Assembly: GCA_002633005.1 (NCBI GenBank)
Contig: NMRA01000035.1
Span: forward strand, 1,083,059-1,147,058
DNA length: 64,000 nucleotides
From: Phoronis australis
Lineage: Eukaryota > Animalia > Phoronida
Reading direction: 5' to 3'
A program made the position numbers and the translations under genes. Shown here one piece after another: positions 50,848 to 63,530 of this stretch (the stretch's first letter is position 1; the number at the start of each line of letters is the position of its first letter). The notes under the pieces are model-generated. The model searched no databases and was not told the DNA's origin. It saw only the letters and a list, made by a program, of their open reading frames with translations.

Positions 50848-51273
50848 CTAAAGTTCAGCACACATCACATCAAGCAGAGGTAAACAATCGTAAAAAAAAC
50901 ACAGTTCTTTAACTCAACATTGCACATGAACATCAACAATGAACTTTCAAGGAATTATCAAACATCAAGACAACGCGTTTAACTCGCGTAGACACTAAAC
51001 ATTACATCAAATTAACAGTACATGAGACACATTTTTGCTCATTAAGCTTGGAAACAGGAAAACTGTACAGAAAATCTACAGCATTTTCGGGCATGGCTCG
51101 ACGACACGTGACCTTAAATCTCATTGAGTGAGACCACTATACCTAGATACGAGAAATCTCGGTCAAATTCAAGCATAGTCAATAAGAGTTTAATGACAGT
51201 ATCTACATTATGTAAAGACTGTAGAAGAGTGATAGTCCCAGTGCCCTAGTCCACAGTACACAGTAAGGCCTAC

Positions 51274-51355
51274 CTTCTCTCTATCCGCCTCTAGCGACCT
51301 GTTGTACGCCTCATCCTGCATCTCTCGGAGACTCCTGTTAGTTTCTCTTTCTTCC
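51274..51355 (-). CDS. FAF2: FAF2 exon 11 (coiled coil)
   Basis: EERETNRSLREMQDEAYNRSLEADREK, AG/GT flanked, 82 nt. Confidence 0.92.
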
Positions 51356-52233
51356 CTACAAACAAAATGTGATGGAAAACAATGACTGACACACATCTCC
51401 CATGTAAAACAGTCTTCCGTCCCCATCGTGCTCGATCTACTGAAACAGTGTTTTGTGGATACTAGCAATGGTCCATTGAAATAACCTGCTTTGGTGAATG
51501 GCGTTAATAGGTTTTGGTGGACAAACAGCAAGTGTCCTTTACATAAGACGAGAATGGGCATTACAGACACTGTTGTTTCACAATGGTTTTTATTAAAACT
51601 ACTTTGTGGTGGTCACCATCTGAGAGAGTCCAGCAGAGAACACAACTTGTCATATCTCAAAACTTCGAGTCGTAGCTTTTTGAACGTATAAGTCCCATCA
51701 ACTCTGCTTTTGTCACATAAGTGAAACGCATTACTAGTCAGTGATAACGATGAATTCCATAATTTCACAATTTGTAAAAAAGGAACCGTCTCTAAATGCA
51801 GCATAAGATAGCTGTAAACCCCAAAAAACAGTAGCACTAACTACTTGGCACGCATTTTGTCACAGAATTCTCAATATGTCACTGAATTTCAGGCAAGAAA
51901 GTTTTGTCACAGAATGTCACCACGTCACACGGAATCCACTCGAGCAATTCCAATTTCAGATTCAGTCGCCAGTGTTTATAGTGTTTATGGGTCAGGCTAG
52001 AGGAATTGATGTTCGTGCTTAGTGTTTGCAAAAAACCTCGCTATTAGATTTAGTGTATTCACGAGTCTTACCGAAAATGTATTTCTGAACTGAAAAAGGT
52101 TTGTATAAATATTAGCAGATGTTAAGAGTCCAATTCGAAAGTTAAGTTTCCAAAATTCTTTGGCAACAAGCACACTTTTAACTAAAACATGCTGACATGA
52201 CCTTCATGAGATGGTTCAGCACCCAAAATGTAC

Positions 52234-52312
52234 CTGTCTGCTCGTGCTACAGCTAACGATACTTGGTTATGTTCTAAAACTCTAGATAGCCGGTCCAATA
52301 ATAGCTCAGGAT
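52234..52312 (-). CDS. FAF2: FAF2 exon 10
   Basis: (D)PELLLDRLSRVLEHNQVSLAVARADR, 79 nt, phases match neighbours. Confidence 0.9.
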
Positions 52313-52357
52313 CTGCAAACAAAAAAGAACCTTAGAGAGAATGCTTAGTGGAAATGC

Positions 52358-53116
52358 TTAGAAACGAAGCACCTGATATGCTAAGTGCAACACGTGAACC
52401 GTTGTTTTGTACATAAAATTTGTAAAGTTAAAGACAATAAGTGTTCATAATTTAGAAACGAAGCACCTGATATGCTAAGTGCAACACGTGAATCGTTGTT
52501 TTGTACATAAAATTTGTAAAGTTAAAGACAATAAGTGCTCAAAATTTAGAAATGAAGCACCTGATATGCTAAGTGCAACACGTGAACCGTTGTTTTGTAC
52601 ATAAAATTTGTAAAGTTAAAGACAACAAATGTTCAAAATTTAGAAATGAAGCACCTGATATGCTAAGTGCAACACGTGAACCGTTGTTTTGTACATAAAA
52701 TTTGTAAAGTTAAAGACAATAAGTGTTCAAAATTTAGAAATGAAGCACCTGATATGCTAAGTGCAACACGTGAACCGTTTTTTTGTACATAAAATTTGTG
52801 AAGTTAAAGACAATAAGTGTTCAAAATTTAGAAATGAAGCACCTGATATGCTAAGTGCAACACGTGAACCGTTGTTTTGTACATAAAATTTGTAAAGTTA
52901 AAGACAATAAGTGTTCAAAATTTAGAAATGAAGCAACTGATACGCTAAGTGCAACACGTGAACCGTTGTTTCGTACATAAAATTTGTAAAGTTAAAGACA
53001 ATAAGTGTTCAAAATTTAGAAACGAAGCACCTGATATGCTAAGTGCAACACGTGAACCGTTGCTTTGTACATAAAATTTGTAAAGTTAAAGACAATAAGT
53101 GTTCAAAATTTAGAAA
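52358..53116 (+). repeat. 94-bp tandem repeat, about 8 copies, in a FAF2 intron
   Basis: Unit ttagaaa(c/t)gaagcacctgatatgctaagtgcaacacgtgaaccg...aagtgttcaaaat, with starts at 52358, 52452, 52546 and onward. Confidence 0.95.
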
Positions 53117-53633
53117 AATGACACAAAGAGGAGCACCGTGGCACTACTTGAATTCCCAACATGAAACCCTCGCAGAAAATAATTCCTCAAACACATGATC
53201 ATCTTGTCATTGTGCTTGACTGGCAGCTGCAACAATAGCTCTTGCAATTAGAAATGAAGTGAAATTTAACCACTTGAAAAAAACAGTGACCCAAATCATC
53301 AAATTATAAGTAGTCGGTAAAGTGAGAACGCTCTTTAAATCACACATATTTTTCTTTTTTCCCCTAGCCTAGTCCATACTGTTGAGTCTGAATTAGCCTT
53401 CAGTTACCTGATATCAGTTTCAGGCCACACCATCAATACAAGAGGAACAACATTATTTTTGAATATCGTAAAGATATCGGATATACGAACAAGGAATTTC
53501 ATCATCAAAAATATAATCACTTTGTTTTAAAACATCACAAAGTGTCATGGCTATGATGTGGAGAACAAAAGCACCACCGTACCATGTGCAACGCAACTGA
53601 TATACCCAAGAGACGCATTGCCCACTCCCTTAC

Positions 53634-53732
53634 CTACGGGGCCTTCTACGCGGGCCACTACTGTCATTTTATGTTCTCGTAATACAATCAGAGCAAGGAA
53701 TGGATGTGTGTAACAGCGAAGAGCACCACTTA
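53634..53732 (-). CDS. FAF2: FAF2 exon 9 (UAS domain)
   Basis: (V)SGALRCYTHPFLALIVLREHKMTVVARVEGPV, 99 nt. Confidence 0.92.
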
Positions 53733-53758
53733 CTGGAAAATTAAAGCGTACAGTATTT

Positions 53759-53925
53759 TACACTGCATGCCTGGGCGACATGCTATAACCATTACCACAT
53801 AATGAAAGCATACGTTGTGTTACACTACATGCCTGGTCGACATGTTATAACCATTATCACATAATGAAAGCATATGTTGTGTTACACAACATGCCTGGTC
53901 GACATGTTGTAACCATAATCACATA
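53759..53925 (+). repeat. About 62-bp tandem repeat, about 2.7 copies
   Basis: catgcctgg(g/t)cgacatg(c/t)t(a/g)taaccat..cacataa repeated. Confidence 0.8.
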
Positions 53926-54514
53926 ACTGCCATGCAGTAATCAATTTCATTTTATAAAAATACAATCAAGTCTGTGAATCACATTCATATTCCCTAGTCT
54001 GAATCGCACACACTATTGTAACACTGTCAACATGAGGAAAGCTAGTCAACAGGTAAGCGGACAGCCCTCCGTTTTGGAAATAAAAAGCTTCCATCTAACG
54101 GAGCACTAAGCTCTCCTCTCTTTACAAACAGAACAAGGTGAGAACAGAAAGCTGTTCACTTAACTGAGGGGCCGTAGGATAAGAATGCCATGCAATCACC
54201 CGCAAGTATTTATACAGGTGAAATGTTTTACTAAGACCACACACTGAATTAGTTTTGAGCTTCACAATCGATGCATAAACAATCGGTTAAAATCATTTAA
54301 CCAATCAAAATTTGACTATTACCAATTGTAACAGAGGCAAAATAGACACAAACGATGCATCTGCGGGTACATTTAAAACATCCTAGAACTCACACTGTAC
54401 CCTGTGAATAACACCTTCATAATAGGTGAGGGCATAAACCAACACATGTGCTGCGAATTTTAAGACATATCTAAATGCAGTGACAAACGCATTGCACGTA
54501 TAATCTAATGTTAC

Positions 54515-54606
54515 CTCTGTAACCTTCAGGCTTCTGTACGCTACACGCCCAGAAAAGCGTCTCCCTGTTGATCAGACTAGTAACCTCTGGGTTGAATAAT
54601 GTGTTC
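54515..54606 (-). CDS. FAF2: FAF2 exon 8 (UAS domain)
   Basis: NTLFNPEVTSLINRETLFWACSVQKPEGYR, 92 nt. Confidence 0.93.
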
Positions 54607-55185
54607 CTGAAAACAATGCACAGCCACAGTTAACATCTTATTAACAAATTGCTACAGTTGGTATCTGCTATATTATTCAGCGCAGATTCTTTCACTTCAT
54701 ATTGCAAGATAATTTACCACCTTTATTTTCGTAAAAAAATTCACAAAACAAAGTATCACTTCACTTGAAAACTATAAAATGAAAAGCTTTATACCTGTCA
54801 CCAAACTTTTTTCAAAATAGACAAAAAACATACTTTCATCCTTTATGAACAATATTGAATTTCTAGTGGTGACTAGATATACTAACATAAAGATTTCAAT
54901 TTTAAGAACTTCTTCAAGCATCAATAACCAAAAAAGGAAATCATTACCATAAAGGGTCAGAATTTATGTAATGTTTAATCAAAGACTAATTTCGTCAAAG
55001 TAATCCATTTGGTGTAATAAAAGCAAAAAGTGCACAATTTTAAACAGTGTTTCTTGAAACAAGACACCGTCTAATTTTAATTTCGAAAGGAAACAGAAAT
55101 GCATACTTTCAAGAATTAGTTTGAATGTGAACGTAGTTGTCAACATCATTTTTTCGAACATTGCGGTAACGCAGAACCAACTAAC

Positions 55186-55271
55186 CTGCAGAACTCGTCT
55201 GTGTCCCCATTTTCTTCATTGTGCAGATAAACAAGTAGGAATCGCAGATCTGCTTTTGCAGCATTTAATGC
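55186..55271 (-). CDS. FAF2: FAF2 exon 7 (UAS domain)
   Basis: ALNAAKADLRFLLVYLHNEENGDTDEFCR, 86 nt. Confidence 0.93.
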
Positions 55272-56007
55272 CTAAAAGACAGCGAAATAAACATTAAGGT
55301 GTAATTGAACTTCCATAAAATACAATAATATGGACACAGATGCACCAATTTTGGAGTCAAAAAAGACTTCATTCCATTTGATTTTAAACACCTTAACATT
55401 TCTTCATGAGGCCAGAAATTCAACTTGAATGATCATAATCACATTGGCATCTTGTCCCTGTGCAAGAATGGGTTTACATTCCACAAAATCAATGAAGGAA
55501 TGCTATCGCTCGATAAATGAGCATCAAAAATTCAGGCAGCGGGACATCACCACTATTGATGTTTTTGGTGGAGTGATTATGACTGAATGTTAGGGCTGTT
55601 CCAGCAAAATCTGTATGGGAGGGGGGGGAAGGCACTTTTATTTCGTACCCACCGCCCATATTTTTCATTTATTTCTCCAACCCATGACCCATAATTTTTT
55701 AATTATTTTTAATAGGTTAAAATATAAAATCGAACACTTGCAAACAAATTGCCTCCAGGAGGACCTGTTAAGAACTTNATTCCACAAAATCAATGAAGGA
55801 ATGCTATCGCTCGATAAATGAGCATCAAAAATTCAGGCAGCGGGACATCACCACTATTGATGTTTTTGGTGGAGTGATTATGACTGAATGTTAGTAAAAG
55901 GGCACAAAACTCATGTTTTCAATATAAGCACACACGTATTTTGGAACTTATGTGCGGATGGATAAGTAATCACAATAAATAAACAATACAATGTTGTCGG
56001 ACTATAC

Positions 56008-56108
56008 CTGACCGTATGTTCCCTGAAACAACACCGGACCATCGCATCCATACTTTTCCAGAAATGACTGACTGAATGACCTGACGTCTCCCTCTGGATC
56101 AACAACTC
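56008..56108 (-). CDS. FAF2: FAF2 exon 6
   Basis: VVDPEGDVRSFSQSFLEKYGCDGPVLFQGTYGQ, 101 nt. Confidence 0.92.
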
Positions 56109-56555
56109 CTGCAAGAAACAACAACTCTTGGAGGCCAATCCAGAACCAGCCAAGCCTTACTACAACTCCAACAATCCAACACGATTAAATTAAATAAATC
56201 AGATGCCATGTTTTGCCACTACTTTGCCACTTAGCTAATGTTTAAATATACCTTGAACATGCTGAAGGCTACCGCAAGTGTGAACTGCTATACAATTTAC
56301 TATCCTCGATGTAACATACCAGACTGTACTTCCTAAAATTGTACTTGAGGGGATAAACGCATGGACCATTACACTGTGCAGACTCCCCGCGAATGCAGCA
56401 GTTGACACAGTTAGTGAAGTGGGATGTGACTTCAATTCCACATAAATACTAACTAGTCACCCACCTCAATCAAACTCCGACCGTTGAAGGTCATCACAAA
56501 AAAAGAAATTGTTTGGTTAAAAACATGATTATTATAAAGTGAAAGGGGGACTCAC

Positions 56556-56585
56556 GTTGCCGAGGATCTAAGCCCAGTAGCCGAT
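56556..56585 (-). CDS. FAF2: FAF2 exon 5 (30-nt micro-exon)
   Basis: ttcag|(Y)RLLGLDPRQ(R)|gtgagt, phase 1/1. Fills the RFIRPDPRSR-equivalent segment. Confidence 0.82.
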
Positions 56586-57145
56586 CTGAAATGTAATTAA
56601 CAGTTCACAGTTCAAATTTGTTACGTAAATCAAACATCTAAGGGGTCCAAGGGAAGTTGATCTCACAAAATATGTCTTAGGACATCACAAGTGCAACATA
56701 TCAAAACATTAAGTAAACCTTGCGTTTGTCATATTATAATACATTAAGGAACACAGTTACTGAACAATGGAAGTAACAATGACAATCAACATCCAACATA
56801 AAAATCTTCAGCATTGCCAGAGGATGAAAGTGGTTTTTGCTCGACACAATTTCAAGGGTGAGAAAGACAAGCCATGATGACAAAGACAAAACACCCATTT
56901 GCTTCAAACTCAGACATTTTGCAACATTAAACATTTTGCGTGACTTGTCTGAATATCCAAGAGCAAAACACTCTGGTAATCAGCACAACGATTGCAAAAA
57001 ATTTAAAATAAAATTGTCATATCTCATTTGTCTTCACCTAAGTCATAAAAAATCTGCAGGAGATGCAGAACCTTGTCTGCTAAGTACTATAGCGCCATCC
57101 AGTGATAATATAACAGTATATGAAAACATGATTATTGATACTTAC

Positions 57146-57261
57146 AAACCAATCTGAACACATCCAGTACAGTTGTGTAGATAAGCCTGAAGGGGAACAG
57201 AAAGACTAGTTTCCCCCAATCCCACCAGGAGATTACCCGGCGAGGTCTGGCTGCAGTTATT
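57146..57261 (-). CDS. FAF2: FAF2 exon 4 (membrane hairpin)
   Basis: ITAARPRRVISWWDWGKLVFLFPFRLIYTTVLDVFRLV, 116 nt. Confidence 0.9.
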
Positions 57262-57705
57262 CTGCAAACATGACAACTCCATTATGAGTACAACATACTC
57301 GAACGTGTGCACACAATATTGACAACACTGTTTTCTCCATTTCCAAATCACTATTTTTAATCTCCAACACACGGGATGGGCTTATTAAATGGTTTCCAGC
57401 CGAAAGCGGTAGTGCCACTGCCAAGACATGTCCCACTCAAGAGTCTGCTAGTTGACTTTACACTATTCAATGCAATTTTGAGCTCATTTTCCTACTGTTC
57501 AATCATGTTCACTGTTGTGACAACATGTTTTCCTTCCTATGGGTTTGATCTTACAAATAATTCTTGTTTGACATTGTTTGATAACTGAAATTAGTGCAAG
57601 GCATTGTCATTTCACGACAATGAGGTTCAAATGTTTGACGAGAGGGTTGTCGCAGACACTTGTGGTGAAAAAAACAAAACTATACAAAACTGATGGAGTA
57701 CTTAC

Positions 57706-57821
57706 CTTGTCTGGAAAAAGGCGTCCGCATTCACTGGGGGTGTTCGTACAGGTCTTGGAGGAGTGGGTGAGAACTGAGTGGGTAGACCCTCTCTCATGTT
57801 GAATGTATCTTGTACGGCAGC
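57706..57821 (-). CDS. FAF2: FAF2 exon 3
   Basis: AAVQDTFNMREGLPTQFSPTPPRPVRTPPVNADAFFQTR, 116 nt. Confidence 0.88.
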
Positions 57822-58034
57822 CTAGAGAGCGAAAGGTGGACAAAGTTGGTAGCCAAGTAATCAAAACACTTCAATCAAATCAAGTGTAATCACCAAGACA
57901 ATCCATTCATATGTCTAGCAAGGTACTGCATCAACAAAGGAAAGTGTGCTTTTATCCACCAATAGGAGTGTACACCCTGCATGTACGGCTAAATGAGAAA
58001 AATAAAAACCTTCATGATTGTTAAGTTACGCACC

Positions 58035-58226
58035 AAAGCTATCAACAGACCATGATTTGAGAGACTGTGGACACTGACAACAATAAGGTAACAAGCCTAA
58101 AGCTATCATTAGACCATGGTTTGAGAGACTGTGGACACTGACAACAATTCGGTAACAAGCCTAAAGCTATCAGCAGACCATGGTTTGAGAGACTGTGGAC
58201 ACTGACAACAATAAGATAACAAGCCT
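58035..58226 (+). repeat. 64-bp tandem repeat, 3 copies
   Basis: aaagctatca..agaccatg.tttgagagactgtggacactgacaacaat...taacaagcct at 58035, 58099 and 58163. Confidence 0.9.
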
Positions 58227-58426
58227 TTGAAAATGAAAAATATCAGTTTGGGTAATTGAATTTTATAGTGCGAAATAGATATGATGCAACCGAAATCATT
58301 TTCAAATGTCCCATGGCCAAATACTTTCTACAGAGAAAGCAACCATTTCTGATATTACAGATACTTTTCTGTATTCACTGCTATTTCCTTGGTGTGTACA
58401 TGCTATCCATGCAGGAACAGAGACAG

Positions 58427-58477
58427 AAGGAGGGAGAGAGGGAGGGAGGGAGGGAGGGAGGGAGGGAGGGAGAGAGA
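58427..58477 (+). repeat. (GGGA)n microsatellite
   Basis: Direct observation. Confidence 0.9.
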
Positions 58478-58857
58478 TGATAATGGCCTAGCAACAGGCC
58501 CGCGTCTTGGTTCTGCATTTACTTCCTGTGTTGAACAGCAAGACAAAATTAAGTGTACATGTGCTAGGTGTTAAACCGAATGTTGTAGTTGCACTAGTTT
58601 ACACTAGTCACATGTGAGATGAGAGCATCACAGCAAGACACTGTAACAAAAACACAGGCAGACATAAATCAGCGTTGGCAAAGAAACAACAATAACTTAT
58701 GATAAATTGTTTACAATTCAGTGTTGGGACATAATGACACAGACGTTACAAGGGATTACATATTGCCATTGTGCAATTCCATCGTACCATTCCTTGCAGA
58801 CTACCAACGTCCAGCAGAAATATGACACGTACAAGCAAGGACTCATGGTTCACTTAC

Positions 58858-58926
58858 CTGTAAGTGCCAGCTGTGTCGGTGAAGTATTTCTCTACATTTC
58901 TGTATATCTTCAATTCTAGTCATATC
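58858..58926 (-). CDS. FAF2: FAF2 exon 2 (UBA-like)
   Basis: tag|DMTRIEDIQKCREILHRHSWHLQ|gtaagt, 69 nt, phase 0/0. Confidence 0.9.
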
Positions 58927-60879
58927 CTAGGGAAAAGGAAAAAAAAAAGAATTAAAAGTGCTAACAAAATTAGCTGTATGCACACTTTGTATTCGTATCA
59001 AATCAATTTATGGTAAAAATACTCCAATTTGGGACAGTCCCTAAACTGAATTGAAATTTCTTGGTTCTTAAAAATAGGACATGGTCAATTTATATTCTCA
59101 TGTTTCTCAAACATTGGATACAACTGAGTATGAAAATAAACTTGGCAGTTTATAGAATCTTTGGAAACAAACGTCCAAATATCATTTCCACGCCTCCCCA
59201 TAATGGGTAATATTGCGGTGAAGCGTCATTTGACAATCATAATTATTCAATTTGCGATAGCCAATATATTTATATATTTCTAAAATTTAGGACAAACTCA
59301 AATCTTGAGCAAAATAATTAAATTTACACTGTCCCAAACTAAAGAATTTGTAAATTGCTTGGGTGATAAATTTGCCAAAAGGTAAAATATTGTGGTTCAA
59401 ATACACTAGCATATAGTATTCAAAAACAACAAGCTCAAAAAGCAAAAACCAAATGTTTCCACAGAGTAATTTGTGTAGCAGAGAAAATAATAAGATTCAA
59501 TGATAAGCTGAACATAGTGTTTTGTCCTAAATATGCAAATTCTGTAGGTGAAAATAAGTAGTGACCACAGCAGTAACAAACATGGCTGTCTAAATTGCAC
59601 TGGCAGTAAGACTGAACTTATTAGTGACTTAATTGCACGAGTAAAAGATCAAAGAACATGAAACAAGGACAAAGTTTGTTGACAGGTAAGTGTGAACTCC
59701 TGAATTTGTTAGGGTTTCTGGTTTTCAGCATATTTTCAGTCAAAAGTTATAGTCAGGTCCATGTGATAATTGTTGGTTGGAAAGATACATACAGGAGGGA
59801 CACCAACTCAATCCCAAAAGGAAGGTTTGTGGAACAAGTACAATGACAGTATTTAAAATAAATTAGATTACTTTCCTCACAGGCAACCATCCATGTCTTG
59901 ATAGATTGTTTGGAGTATTTTATTTGTCCACTCAAACACAAACTTTGTATTGCACAGATGCCTGGTAGACTGACGTGGGCTTTTGTGAATATTATTTACG
60001 TTTATCAAAACTCTTCATAAAGGCATACGGTGTTCAAGCTTTGAGAAACTGTGAACTATGAAAGAGTCATTTTTAGCGCACCCACAGGCAGGCAAATTTC
60101 CCAATGATTCACAACCATATAAGAAACATAATAGCTGGACACCAAAACTTTGTGGAGCCTAAGCTCCGAACTTCAATTGTCTCAAATCCAAACAAAAACT
60201 GAGTGCACCTCACTTGGTATTGGATAAAACCCTGGAGCCTTATCTTCCCTCTATCCCATTAAATTGTCCTTGTCCTTGTAGTGACAGAAGTTCCAAAACA
60301 AACACAAAACTCTGAATTCAAGGAGGCTAAATAGTTAACATGGTGTATTTCAGTTTTGAGCAAGCAACAATTATGGAAAAGATAAGAAATCTGTCATCTA
60401 ATTCAAATGATTGAAGTCAGTAAAGTTAAAATTAATTATTGTATGTTTGATCTTGACATTGTGAGCTACTCTTGGTTGAAGCACAACAAACACTCGGCTT
60501 TTTGACAGAAAATTACTGATGTGTGACTGCACGTCCATCGCGGGAAATCATCTATCAGCAACTGCTGCATTTCGTTGGAGGCCTATGTACCCAATAACCC
60601 TTCGTGCTTTGACTATAAACATTTTTTTGCAAAATTAAGTTTAAATTAATTCAAATAAACACTAAACTATGTGGAGTGCACTCAGTGACATTCATGGGTG
60701 CGTGAAAACAGACTTTTGGAATTGCTTTGGCAGCGTCTGAATGTGTGAAGGACATTGGCCATGATTTTTCAAAGTAGCCTCCTTAAATTCGTGATTTTGG
60801 TGTTTTTTTGAGATATCTGTCGTCAAGTCATCACCCTAAGGCAATTTGATATGACCAAGTCCAAGTCAACAAGTGAAAG

Positions 60880-63530
60880 AAGGTATTGTTACTTGGCGGA
60901 ATTCTTCGAATTCCGACAAGTATGTTGCTCTGTCGTCAAGTTTTTTTTTTTTTGTTCGCAATCTACAGGTCGCAATTTTCGTCCGATTTTCACGAAATTT
61001 GCATAGAACATGTAGATTGGGATGTACTGGAACGCTATTGTTTTTGGTCATGATCGGATACAAAATGGCGGATGTGGCGGCCATTTTGTATCCGATTTCA
61101 CAGTCAAATACTCGTAGAGGCCGCATTTTTTGACCTATATAGCTGACAATCGGTACGAATATACTAGAATGCATGTGCTACAACTGTGCAGAAAATCTCT
61201 GACTTCCGGTTAAAGATGGCGGAAATATTGGACGTGGCGCATGCGCACCCCGAAATATGGCTAAAAACGTTTTCTCCTGTAGAGGGCGCAATGGCGAACC
61301 AATCACTTTCAAACTGGTCAGGTGTTTGTTGAGATTAATAAGCTTTTATAAAAAATTATTGGACCGGAAGTTAATTCCAAGATGGCGGCTGTGGAGCATG
61401 TTGACACGGTTTCAATCGCTGGGTTGTCGCATTTTTTATGGGAAGAGCAAATGACGTGAATTTTTGAATGTGGATTCCTTGAAGTATGGCCTTTCAAAAA
61501 GTCTGCGAGAGCGTATTTCTCAGACTTACCGTTTTCGAGTTATTTGACTTTGAATTTCAAAAAAAACGGCAAATTTTCAATTTTCTCGAATTTTTTTTGG
61601 ATTTTTGCCAAACTATCACATTGGATAGAGTTTTGAACGGGCTTTCAGGAGATATTTTCCATTTTGCGCTACGACGTCTACTTTTTGAATTATTTGAGAT
61701 TTTCCGATACCGTTGTTCCTTTGGTCACACGCAGCTGGCTGGCTTTCAGTTCACTTTGTTTTGGTTATGCCTAGTTGACCCAGACTGACCCAGCCAGCAC
61801 TGTCCTACTGTAAAGCATGGCTCGTCCGTCATGTTGCGCCATCTATCAGGGCTCGACGCTATTAAAATCGCCAGGTCGCATTGTGCGACCTAGCCAAAAT
61901 CCCAGGTCGCATTTTCAAAATCCAGCTCGCATTCGTAAATGCCAGGTCGCAAAATTTTCCCGCCATTTTTACGCGCCAAAATAGATTTTTTAGATCATCG
62001 AGAAAATGTTTAGATTATGNATTTCGCGCACGTAGCCCCAGAAACAAGTAAAGGGTTTCAGAATTTCTTAGCAACTGAAAGTAAAGACGTGGCCGTCGTT
62101 TTGCGATTAATAAGGTTGTCATTTTCACGTTGGCTGCCTTAATACGATAAAAAGGAGAAGCACATCTCACGATTGTCTGCGGGACCGCTTGCGCGCTAAC
62201 GGTGCCGCAGTGCGATATCAGGGATATTGTCGTGGATATTCGGTACATGTAATAAGGACATCTTATGTGAAAAATAAACATTTTTGTCCACCACAAAGTT
62301 TGGTAAGTCGATCGCTTAAGAATTAATAGAAACACCGTTGTTTTGTGAAGTTTTATCACGTGTTAAGCAGTGGCCCGAAACTTTCTTCGGCGAATCCGGG
62401 AATTTACAAAAGTGGCCGAAAGTGTTAGCCAATGAAACGCGTCAAAGATCGATTCTGCATATCCCATGTTCACGTGACTTGCTTACAAGTCAACGGGAGG
62501 GCTGTTCTTGGTTAGTGTTCTTTTGCACTCGGATTAACAAGAGCTGCTTTGTATTTGCCAGGTATCTGTTGAGAAGTGTAAAAACTCAGCTCGCATTCGT
62601 TGGAAATTCCAGGTCGCATTTTGCGACTTTATACGAGCTGACAAAAATCTCAGCTCGCATTTCCAAATTTCAGGTCGCAAATGCGACCTGCAGCTGGTTA
62701 TGTCGAGCCCTGTCTATTGTTCTTTATTGTAGTTGATTGTATGCTCTCTATTTGATTTCTTCGCTAGTCACATGAATGTTGTCGTGTTTGACAAACTACC
62801 ACTTTAGATAGAGTTTTGAACGGGCTTTCAGAAGATATTTTCCACTTTGGGCTACGACGTCTGCTTTTTGAATTATTCGAGATTTTCGGATACCGTTGTT
62901 CCTTCGGTCACGTATGCACGCAGCTGGCTGGCTTTCAGTTCGCTTTGTTTTGGTTATGCCTAGTTGACCCAGACTGACCCAGCCAGCACTGTCCTACTGC
63001 AGACTGGACCGTCATGTTGCGCCATCTATTGTTCTTTATTGTAGTTGATTGTATGCTCTCTATTTGATTTCTTCACTAGTCACATGAATGTTATCGTGTT
63101 TGACAAACTACCACTTTAGATAGAGTTTTGAACGGGCTTTCAGAAGATAATTTCCATTTTGCGCTACGACGTCTATATTTTTTGAATTATTCGAGATTTT
63201 CCGATACCGTTGCTCCTTCGGTCACGTAGGCACGCAGCTGGCTGGCTTTCAGTTCACTTTGTTTTGGTTATGCCTAGTTGAGCCAGACTGACCCAGCCAG
63301 CACTGTCCTACTGTGGCTGAATAGCGCTCTGTAGACTGTACAATTTCAGGCCAAATACTTATTGTAAACATAACTTTGCTTTGCAGACTGTCACATAGCG
63401 CCACCTATTTTAGAATGTGGGAAAAGACACGGTTCGTCCGCCATGTTGCGCCATCTATTGTTCTTTATTGTAGTAGATTGTATGCTCTCTATTTGATTTC
63501 TTCGCTAGTCACATGAATGTTATCGTGTTA
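60880..63530 (+). mobile_element. Helentron-associated-like element with about three 300-bp internal tandem units, in FAF2 intron 1
   Basis: Terminal hairpin acttggcggaattc-ttc-gaattccgacaagt, T tract and gattttcacgaaattt motif. Repeated units start tagagttttgaacgggctttca at about 61627, 62809 and 63121. Confidence 0.55.
61847..62712. mobile_element. Non-autonomous TIR transposon with CAGGGCTCGAC ends and a 5-bp TSD (TCTAT)
   Basis: Perfect 11-bp TIRs. TCTAT at 61842-61846 and 62713-62717. The empty site gcgccatctattgttc is seen in sister repeat units at about 63018 and 63448. Repeated subterminal cag(g/c)tcgca motifs. Confidence 0.88.

Noticed and set aside
49101-50912. 603-aa plus-strand ORF of PTGYLPVVSTRAC repeats
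   Set aside because: It is the antisense reading of a 39-bp minisatellite whose length is a multiple of 3. It spans an N join and the antisense of FAF2 exon 12.
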